NCBI GenBank assembly: GCA_963789265.1
Contig: CAWBKB010000001.1
Span: 2,368,001-2,432,000 of the forward strand
Source of the DNA: an uncultured delta proteobacterium
GTDB lineage: Bacteria; Desulfobacterota; Desulfomonilia; Desulfomonilales; Desulfomonilaceae
DNA length: 64,000 bases
Direction of reading: 5' to 3'
A program made the position numbers and the translations under genes. The notes beneath the pieces are model-generated. The model did no database searches, had not been told where the DNA came from, and saw only the letters and a list, made by a program, of their open reading frames with translations. This document shows, in pieces, positions 31,229-38,865 of the stretch; the first letter of the stretch is position 1; every line of letters starts with the position of its first letter.

Positions 31229-32185
31229 ATGAAGATTTCCAGTTTGTTGAACTGTATTGCCATAGCCGCAAATTTCCTTGATGAGAACCAGATTTATAAC
31301 GGAGGGTTTCGATGCTACATGGCAAATAACGAGGCATTGCAAGCGAGGAACGCTCTTGTCGATAGCTGTACATTCTACACAAGCTGCATCTTGTATTCGC
31401 TGAGCTTCCTTAATAACCCTGAACTCACGCCCCTGAAACGTACCGCCGCAGAGTTCTTGATCAAAGAGATGAGGCCGCCGGGTGTGTGGAAGTACTTCTC
31501 ATCCGGCAATCCGACTCCCGTAGATCCCGACCTGGATGACATCGCATGCGCCTCATTTGTGCTTAGAGGCATCCATCCTGACATCAGAGCAGGACGAAAC
31601 ATTGACGTCATCCTCGGCAATAGAAATCAGGACGGTCTGTTTTTCACTTGGCTGCGAAAAAAGGATGAGGAGAACGACATTGATTCAGTCGTTAACGCCA
31701 ACGTTCTGTTGTACTTGGGTGACAGAGAAGAAACCAGGACCGTTTCAGACTACTTGAATGCTGTAATCGCGGAGTGCCGAGAGGCGGAAAGCTACTATTA
31801 CTACTTGGACGACATTGCACTCTACTATGCTTTGTCGCGAGCTTACTTCAACGAAGTGATCAGCCTCGAACCCACCAAGAAACCTGTCATATCGCGAATC
31901 TTAGCCAGACAGCGTGGGGACGGCTCCTTCGGAAGTGAACTCTTAACCGCTCTTGCCGTTAGCAGTCTGCTTAATTACTCTTGCGACGACCTCGACGTGC
32001 TAAGCCGTGGCGCTGAAAGTCTGGTAAATACACAACGAGGCGACGGGTCCTGGCAGCGGCGGGCGTATGATGTAGGTCCTCCACCTCCGAGCCCCCACGC
32101 TTCCTGGTTCGGCTCGGAAGAGTTAACCACCGGTTTCTGTGTGGAGGCGTTGGTACGTTTCCGGGCTCTTGCTGCGATGAAATAG
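31229..32185 (+). CDS. Single-domain class II terpene cyclase / prenyltransferase-beta-like protein
   Basis: PDLDD (DxDD) motif; QW-like repeats FLDENQIYNGGF, QRGDGSF, QRGDGSW; only 318 aa. Confidence 0.75.
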   Translation: MKISSLLNCIAIAANFLDENQIYNGGFRCYMANNEALQARNALVDSCTFYTSCILYSLSFLNNPELTPLKRTAAEFLIKEMRPPGVWKYFSSGNPTPVDPDLDDIACASFVLRGIHPDIRAGRNIDVILGNRNQDGLFFTWLRKKDEENDIDSVVNANVLLYLGDREETRTVSDYLNAVIAECREAESYYYYLDDIALYYALSRAYFNEVISLEPTKKPVISRILARQRGDGSFGSELLTALAVSSLLNYSCDDLDVLSRGAESLVNTQRGDGSWQRRAYDVGPPPPSPHASWFGSEELTTGFCVEALVRFRALAAMK

Positions 32186-32263
32186 CCTCCGCAATTGGAG
32201 CGCGGGGTTTTGGGAAGGGCCGGGCGCTCCGTTTCACAATTTCAGTTACACATCTCGGGCTAC

Positions 32264-32437
32264 GGTGGGACAGACATCCTGCCTGTCATTCGTCACCCCG
32301 GACTCCGATCCGGCATACGTAGGGGCGGCCCTATGTGTCCGCCCCGGGCAGACACATAGGTCTGCCCCTACTATGGATGCCCGCCTACGCGGGCATGACG
32401 ACAGGCAGTGCCGCGTTCCGCGCGGGATGTCCCACCA
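32264..32437. repeat. Nested REP mosaic
   Basis: GTAGGGGCG..CCCCTAC doublet inside CCCCGGACTCCGATCCGG..GCGGGCATGAC; same nesting as at ~7920-8030. Confidence 0.7.
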
Positions 32438-32509
32438 ATACATTGGCCTTTAACCCTCCCCTATTGTCTTTGGTTGCAGAATTCGTCACCTGAAATATGA
32501 ATTGGGCCG

Positions 32510-33343
32510 CTAAGCCTCGTCCGGCAGGTACCCGAAACGCGCCATCTGCTCGTAGTGAGCATGCACAATGGCTCTTACTTGGTCTTTGGTCAGTACATCC
32601 TTCCACTGCCCTGCAGCCCCCTTGCGAAAGAAACGGCCTGAAGGGTAAGGCATTTCCGCAAATCCGTGTTCCAGTTCCTGAGCCTGAAGTTTCTCAAATG
32701 ACGAGTTTTCAACAGCCCGTTCCAGTTCGCGCCTTGTCGGACGCAGATATAGAAATTCCACCAGGGCCGAGAAAGGGATTATCGGGTTGGATAACAGATC
32801 CTCGTATCGCATCACAAAAAGCGACGGGTCGAGCTTTCTGGTCCATGTGGAAACATTTTCCGACCATGAGCCCCACAACTGGTACACGACCTTTTCATCG
32901 CCCGGCCTGGCCTCGAAGGATTGATTCATAACTGCTATGGCCGAATCAAGGTCCATGTTGAAGTAATGGCTCATGGACACCACTGTGTCCAAGGGGTTGC
33001 GAATTATGTAGATGGCCCCCGCAGTCAATTCAGGGGTTACCATGGGCGTACCCGCGTGTGTTACGAGCGCGTTGTGGGTTTTCACAAAGATGAGGCCGTC
33101 AGTAAGGCCCGCGATCTTTGCATGCACTCTCGGCCGGGCAGCCGCGATTTCTTCCGGGCGCGAGTCCCGGGTTTTACCGAGGAACTCCTCGTACCACGCC
33201 CTAGCCGAATCGCCCATGCTAAGCAGATTTATCTGATTGATATCGTAGCTTTCTTTGGTCTTGATTATCAGATTGTGGAGGAAGGCTCTTACCCAGGTGT
33301 TGCCTGATTTCGGATACGACGCGAGCCAAACAATGCCGCCCAT
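32510..33343 (-). CDS. PAPS-dependent sulfotransferase
   Basis: WLASYPKSGNTW, VKTH, RNPLD..S, RYEDL, FFRKG..GQW. Confidence 0.93.
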   Translation of the reverse strand: MGGIVWLASYPKSGNTWVRAFLHNLIIKTKESYDINQINLLSMGDSARAWYEEFLGKTRDSRPEEIAAARPRVHAKIAGLTDGLIFVKTHNALVTHAGTPMVTPELTAGAIYIIRNPLDTVVSMSHYFNMDLDSAIAVMNQSFEARPGDEKVVYQLWGSWSENVSTWTRKLDPSLFVMRYEDLLSNPIIPFSALVEFLYLRPTRRELERAVENSSFEKLQAQELEHGFAEMPYPSGRFFRKGAAGQWKDVLTKDQVRAIVHAHYEQMARFGYLPDEA

Positions 33344-33375
33344 ACGTTTCTTATTCCCTCAGAACCTCCGAAGAA

Positions 33376-33606
33376 TAGTGTCCTGTCCCGCAATCAGCTT
33401 TCAAAAGGACTGATTCGGCCAACACGGGAGTCAATGTCATTGCGAGGAGCGAAGCGACGAAGCAATCTCCAGGGCTAATTCTACAACTCTCTGGGATTGC
33501 TTCGCTGCGCTCGCAATGACAACCCCGACCGTCTCACCTTAGTCGGACCCCTGGTGCAAAAGATCAGGCGACAGGTTATGCAGGTTATTTGCGCGACTTG
33601 ACAATA
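33376..33606. mobile_element. Degenerate MITE carrying a GTCATTGCGAG..CTCGCAATGAC repeat
   Basis: Imperfect TIRs TAGTGTCCTGTCCCGCAAT / ATTTGCGCGACTTGACAATA; internal inverted repeat. Confidence 0.5.
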
Positions 33607-33608
33607 GT

Positions 33609-34805
33609 TTACAACTTCATTTCCAGTCTCAGGAATCCGCCTTCCAAGTATTGGAGGGCATTGGTGTTACCGGTCCGGGCTACTGAGCCGGGTGGAAGGC
33701 TAGCTCCAGCGTTAACGTAGCTGAGATTGTTAGTGCTGAAACGCTCAACCCGATAACCCAAAGTCAATTCCATGCCGGGGAAGGAATATCCTATTCCTGC
33801 TTCCCCTTCCAGAGAGGTAATGTTTTGGCGATTGGAATCTTCAAATTGAGCAGACGGGGCTCCGATCGGGGCTCCGGTGCCCTTATTGTTTACAGTCAGT
33901 TTTTGGGTTCCGAACAGGCCGCCCACAGCACCCTCTCCTCGCAAGCTAAAGCGGCTTCCGCCAAGAGGACAATTGAGGTCCAATCCTATTTTGGGTCCCC
34001 ACGCTCGGTACCAAGTCTTGCGATCTACCGACAACGAGCCGTAATAACCAGCACCCGTCCCTTCGAGTGTATTCTCTGTTTCCACATATTCAATACCGCC
34101 AAAAAGTCTCGCGGTGCTTGACTGACCCAGTCTGATTGAGTACCCCGCTTGAAAATCCCACACATTGGCATAGAAACCCGCGTCAACCTGATAATTGTTG
34201 AGGGGTACAATAGGGGCAGTAGCTGCATACGGATTCTGCGCAGTTCCCCCGAAGTATGTTAGTCCTCCGAATGTGAAGGTTGTTCTGGAGATGACCTTAC
34301 TCGGCGCCGCTTGCTCCGACTCTGGCTCCGCCCTAAACCTCGCATACAGGACCCGAGCATCCCAGTCTTCGAAAGTATATCCCAAACCTACGCGCAGGCC
34401 TCGGACTCTGTTGGGTTTGACGCTCTGGAGGTTTCCGGGGGCAACAACGGACAGCGGAGCACCGTTATAAGTTGTGGTGGTGACGTTTTGACTGAATACC
34501 TGGGCATCGGTCCTCAGGTTCATGTAAAGGCCCTCAGCAATGAATGAGAACCCTTGAGGTCGATCGGCCGGAAAGACGTTTTGTTGCCCAGGGAACAAGG
34601 AGGCGAAAGGATTGGTCAATTGAGACACCCAGGAAGAGTTGCCTGCTCCCACCTGCGCATTGCCATATAAGGCCGGGACCTCTTGGGCCCTAACCACACT
34701 TACATCAGGTATCTCCAAGGAAATAAGCGTTGCCAAGAGAATGACAAGAATTCCCCGCCGAATACCCTTGAGATGACGGCACGCCACAGGACGGAACACC
34801 CCCAT
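33609..34805 (-). CDS. Outer-membrane beta-barrel protein (Lpg1974/MOMP-like)
   Basis: Signal peptide ending VRA-Q; amphipathic strands GLRVGLGY, WDFQAGY, WGPKIGL, LTLGYR; terminal strand GGFLRLEMKL. Confidence 0.7.
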   Translation of the reverse strand: MGVFRPVACRHLKGIRRGILVILLATLISLEIPDVSVVRAQEVPALYGNAQVGAGNSSWVSQLTNPFASLFPGQQNVFPADRPQGFSFIAEGLYMNLRTDAQVFSQNVTTTTYNGAPLSVVAPGNLQSVKPNRVRGLRVGLGYTFEDWDARVLYARFRAEPESEQAAPSKVISRTTFTFGGLTYFGGTAQNPYAATAPIVPLNNYQVDAGFYANVWDFQAGYSIRLGQSSTARLFGGIEYVETENTLEGTGAGYYGSLSVDRKTWYRAWGPKIGLDLNCPLGGSRFSLRGEGAVGGLFGTQKLTVNNKGTGAPIGAPSAQFEDSNRQNITSLEGEAGIGYSFPGMELTLGYRVERFSTNNLSYVNAGASLPPGSVARTGNTNALQYLEGGFLRLEMKL

Positions 34806-34960
34806 AGCCATATCCTCCAGACGAGCAACACATAAAACTGCAAAAGAATCTTTAATATGATTAATGTAACCAATACCATAAAGATTCGATGGAATACAAG
34901 TCAAAAATGCACAAACAATGCAGCCAATCAGTTACGTGCGGGAAATTGTCATTAAACCTG

Positions 34961-35077
34961 TGGAGCAGACTGGATTCCCAGTAGGACAGGCAGCCTGCCT
35001 GTCGCTTAATGACGGGCAAGATGCCCGTCCCACCGAAGAAAGGATTGCTTCGTCAAGCACGCGGGGCCTCGCAATGT
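34961..35077. repeat. REP cluster
   Basis: GTAGGACAGGCAGCCTGCCTGTC..GACGGGCAAGATGCCCGTCCCAC and GATTGCTTCG..CTCGCAATG; related copies at ~7753, 32264 and 38686. Confidence 0.6.
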
Positions 35078-35127
35078 CAATCTTCCCTCCCCTGACTGAG
35101 TGGATTACACTTACCAAATACACACGC

Positions 35128-36150
35128 TCACCAAACTAGCCCGACATACGCTTTTGCTTCCACTCGACGTCCGGTTTCGAGCGACAGTTTAATGTGACTG
35201 ATGAATCTTCTCATAAGAATGGGCTTGGAATCATCGAGCATGAGCGTCAAGGGCTTGGGCCACGCCAGGAGGGCATTTCGCTTCTCACGCCGGCACGAAC
35301 CCTGCGTTACAAGGAAATCCAGAATCGTCTCCCATCGTGGATCACTGTTGAGCGCATTCTCTTGAGGTATCCCGAATTCGATTCCGATCTTCCCAACCCC
35401 ATGTTCATCCAAATCGAAATTGATCGAATGCCGATCCGCGTATCCGGCCAGAGAAAAGATTATACTTTCGAGGTCTTTCGGGCGGCCCTTCCAACCGACA
35501 GAGGAGACATATTCCGGTATTTCGTCAGGTTCCACCTCACCGACGACAACTCTGAAGGCTTCGGTCGGCCGGGCCAAAGGCAGGCCAAAGAGCGTCATCA
35601 ACCCTTTTGCAGGCAATAGCTTTATACATCGAAGAAAATTCCTCGTGAGGCCGGGCGCCATTACACACCCCTTTAACGCGAGGTGAACAGCCTGCGCGAT
35701 AGGTTCGTAAAGCTCGGGACGAGAATAGGGCCGTTGAATTTGGACAAACACAAGACTCGGGCTGGGAACAGCCTGGCCGTACTGCCCGCTGTCAAACTCA
35801 ATCCATAGACAAAAAGTTGCTTCATGTAGCGGCGAAGCAGGCGTTGACCACTCTCGGCACAAGTCTCGAAGACTTGACCAGTTCTTGTTTTGAGCAATGT
35901 GCGCGGGAAATCCCCAGTGCGCGTCTAGAGCGGCTATTATTTCCAACCCTCTCGGAGCGAGAGGTCTCAAGATAAAATCAGCTTGGGATGACGGGTCGGC
36001 CAGGCGGGTCTCAAATCCTATACCGTGAGTGATCCCGTCAGGCAGAATCATCCCCAAAGATTTGATAAAGGCGAAAGAACCGGACGAAATCAAGCCAACC
36101 GGCGATCGTGTTGTTAACAGGTCCAAGATCTTTTCGAGCAAGAATGCCAT
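35128..36150 (-). CDS. Hypothetical protein, probable ABBA-fold aromatic prenyltransferase
   Basis: Five apparent beta-hairpin pairs separated by helical segments (GFETRL/DFILR; WIEFD/LVFVQ; LFGLPL/FRVVV; INFDL/IGIEF; HIKLSL/AKAYV); fold is an inference. Confidence 0.55.
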   Translation of the reverse strand: MAFLLEKILDLLTTRSPVGLISSGSFAFIKSLGMILPDGITHGIGFETRLADPSSQADFILRPLAPRGLEIIAALDAHWGFPAHIAQNKNWSSLRDLCREWSTPASPLHEATFCLWIEFDSGQYGQAVPSPSLVFVQIQRPYSRPELYEPIAQAVHLALKGCVMAPGLTRNFLRCIKLLPAKGLMTLFGLPLARPTEAFRVVVGEVEPDEIPEYVSSVGWKGRPKDLESIIFSLAGYADRHSINFDLDEHGVGKIGIEFGIPQENALNSDPRWETILDFLVTQGSCRREKRNALLAWPKPLTLMLDDSKPILMRRFISHIKLSLETGRRVEAKAYVGLVW

Positions 36151-36388
36151 AGAGTCCCCTCAGAGGATAATGATGCACCGCAGAGTGCGCAGAGAACTCG
36201 GAGAAAAAAAAGCTTGTTCGGCGCCGTTTGAATTACCGGCGCGTGCCCGCACTACCATAGGCCGGAATTTTCACTGCTTCATAGCATAGAGTTCCAGACA
36301 AGAGGATACTCAGCGGTCTCTGCGATCTCCGCGATCATCATATTGCTTGTGCCGTTCTCTTGCATAGCAAAATTCTTGCGCAGTCATA

Positions 36389-36762
36389 ATACCAATTCAA
36401 TTTCCAGCAAGTGATACCGTGGTTTAAGTGGGACAGTTCCCGGTAGGGGCGGGTTTCAAACCCAATGCTGTTGACTTAAGGGACCTCCGTCTACCCCACC
36501 GTCACCCCGGCGAAGGCCGGGGTCCAGGGGAGATTAGGAAAACCTGGATTCCGGCCTCCGCCGGAATGACGAGGTGAAGGCCCGTCGAAGGAAAAGCTCC
36601 TGGACAAGAGGCATGCGGCTTAAGTCAACAGCATTGGGTTTCAAACCTGCCCCTACATGTCGTCATGCCCGCGGAACTCGGGACAGGCAATCCTGCGATC
36701 CGCGCTGGACGCACCACCATATCCTGTCCAGGATTGTTACTTGCTTGATGGCGCATTGGTAT
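36389..36762 (-). mobile_element. MITE-like carrier element (ATACCAAT..ATTGGTAT) holding a REP and a second MITE
   Basis: Perfect 8-bp termini; subterminal blocks shared with the 7821 and 21776 copies in reverse orientation. Confidence 0.7.
36463..36636. mobile_element. 174-bp MITE, IS4-like ends, 11-bp target duplication
   Basis: Perfect 18-bp TIR CAATGCTGTTGACTTAAG; GGTTTCAAACC at 36452-36462 and 36637-36647. Confidence 0.9.
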
Positions 36763-36829
36763 AATATCTTCTTCTATAAGGTTCATGTCACAGCGTTTAG
36801 CCGAAGATTCGCGCTGTAGCGGAGGGGCG

Positions 36830-37738
36830 ATGAATTCGTCGCGTCATATACCTCTGACCGGTGTGCTGGTTCTGGTCCTGCTGAGTATTCTCTGGGGCGG
36901 AAACGTGGTCACCATCAAGGTGAGCAATCAGGGCATTCCGCCTATTCTGGCCGCGGCCGTAAGGTCGGTGGTGGCAACTCTTTTACTCTCTCTGTACGCT
37001 AGAACTCAATCGCAACGGGTCTTTTTTCCCTGGAAGGACCTGGGACACGGGATTGCAATAGGCTTCCTCTTTGGCGCGGAGTTTCTTTTGCTCTATTGGG
37101 GCACTGAGTTCACTAATGCATCGAGGGCCATTATTTTTCTGTATACCAGTCCCTTGTGGGTGGCACTCGGCGCGCACTTCCTACTATCGTACGAGCAACT
37201 CAACAGGATTAAAAGCATTGGTCTGTGCCTGGCCTTCCTTGGGTTAGTTTCTGTCTTTGCATCTAAGTCGGCCACGCTCGGCCCTTTTCATATTGTCGGC
37301 GATTTGATGGAGGTCGGGGCCGGCTTCCTTTGGGCTGCAACGACGCTCTACATCAAAAGATTTATATGGGATAGACCCATCACCCATTTCCAAACCCTTT
37401 TCGCTCAACTCTTATTCTCAATCCCGGTTCTTGTCGTCGGGTCATTGCTTCTTGAAAGCAACAAGACGGTGAATTTGCCCCCCCTTGTTGTTTCAGCCGT
37501 TATCTATCAGTCCATAGTGGTAGCCTTTTTCAGTTACTTGCTATGGTTCTGGATGATTCATCGCTATCAGGTGAGCCGACTTGCGGCATTCACGTTCCTG
37601 GCACCGCTGTTCGGCGTAGTGATGAGCGGCCTATTCCTGAAGGAAACGCTCACATTTCAACTGTGGGTCGGCTTTGTGCTTGTGTCGGCGGGGATATATT
37701 TGGTGAACCGACCGGGACCTGAGTATTCCGACGGATGA
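36830..37738 (+). CDS. DMT/EamA family transporter
   Basis: About 10 TM segments in two repeats; LWGGN..K, YTSP, FLAPLFG. Confidence 0.92.
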   Translation: MNSSRHIPLTGVLVLVLLSILWGGNVVTIKVSNQGIPPILAAAVRSVVATLLLSLYARTQSQRVFFPWKDLGHGIAIGFLFGAEFLLLYWGTEFTNASRAIIFLYTSPLWVALGAHFLLSYEQLNRIKSIGLCLAFLGLVSVFASKSATLGPFHIVGDLMEVGAGFLWAATTLYIKRFIWDRPITHFQTLFAQLLFSIPVLVVGSLLLESNKTVNLPPLVVSAVIYQSIVVAFFSYLLWFWMIHRYQVSRLAAFTFLAPLFGVVMSGLFLKETLTFQLWVGFVLVSAGIYLVNRPGPEYSDG

Positions 37739-37914
37739 TAGGGCTGTGAAACCTCGCATTACTCTGTCTATTCCCGACCTGAGGAGCAAATCAGGCTTGT
37801 CACTGCTGAAATTCTAGACAGACCTTGACACTCAAGGACGAAGAAGGCTAAGAATGCAATCGATGCCGTATCCTAGCGCATTTTTTGCCGCGGTTTCAAC
37901 GCAGGGGACTCGAC

Positions 37915-38232
37915 ATGACACGAGCGGAGATGTCTTCACGTATTGAAAGCTTGATACAACAACTTGTTGCCAAGTATTCTCCCGAAAAAGTCATCTTGTT
38001 CGGTTCCGCGATCCGTGACGACGCTGAAGTGAACGATGTGGATCTGTTCATCATCAAGGATGACGTCCCTTATCTTGGTGCTGAGCGAAGTCGGCAACTC
38101 TACAGGCTGATGGATACCGATTTGCCGGTTGATTACATAGTGTACCGTCCGGCAGAAGTAGCTGAGCGTCTGTCGCTTGGCGATCCCTTTGTAAGCGGTG
38201 TGGTGAGAGAGGGTGAAGTGCTTTATGGCTGA
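37915..38232 (+). CDS. Minimal nucleotidyltransferase (MNT antitoxin type)
   Basis: VILFGS..DVDLFII..PVD..GEVLY. Confidence 0.9.
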   Translation: MTRAEMSSRIESLIQQLVAKYSPEKVILFGSAIRDDAEVNDVDLFIIKDDVPYLGAERSRQLYRLMDTDLPVDYIVYRPAEVAERLSLGDPFVSGVVREGEVLYG

Positions 38233-38371
38233 TCCCTCTGTCGTCAAGGAATGGCTGGAAAGAGCAGATGAGGACTTTCGCTTTGCCGAGACCAATCTCA
38301 GGGATGGAAGTGAGTTTCTTCGCGTTCCCGGGCTCTGCCTGAAAATGCCTGTCTACGAGGCTCTGCCTTGA
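38225..38371 (+). pseudogene. Truncated HEPN-domain gene
   Basis: MADPSVVKEWLERADEDFRFAETNL is a typical HEPN N-terminus overlapping the MNT stop; after ~31 codons it runs into a GGCTCTGCCT repeat and stops. Confidence 0.75.
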
Positions 38372-38486
38372 CTATGGTATTGAAGTGAAGGCTCCGCCAC
38401 TTGAAGGTGGTGGCTTCGGCGGCATTTTTCCTCCACCGGATGAATCTGGCGGTCACCGCCGCCAAAGGACCGGGGTCGGAATCGGC

Positions 38487-38584
38487 GTAGGATGCTGGTG
38501 AGCCCGCGTTCTCCGCGGGAGAACCGCATCAATCGAGAAAAGGCTGCGAACGATGCGGTTCGCTGCGCTCACCAGCATCCTACT
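38487..38584. repeat. GTAG-type REP doublet
   Basis: GTAGGATGCTGGTGAGC..GCTCACCAGCATCCTAC inverted arms. Confidence 0.75.
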
Positions 38585-38865
38585 GGCTTTCGTTAGACCA
38601 GGTCACACGTCCTGCAATTTCTCCTATCCGCAGAAATCCTTATTGATTCCCGCTTGTAATTCGGGAGGGCAACGTTTAGTTCGTGATGGCGGGCAGGATG
38701 CCCACCCTACTGTAACGCACGCAAAACGTCCGACGCCGCTGATTCGCTTGCGGCGTTTCCCGCTTCTTTAGAAAATCTTAAATTGCAGATCAAGCGCCAT
38801 TTTGGATGGGCGATCCTCCTTCTGCCGTTTGTTTTGTTTGACCGACAAGCCATTTTTTCAGTATT

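Noticed and set aside
36150..36390. RiPP precursor for the prenyltransferase/cyclase cluster
   Set aside because: No short ORF with RBS or leader-like sequence here or in the other gaps of the cluster, which are filled by repeats
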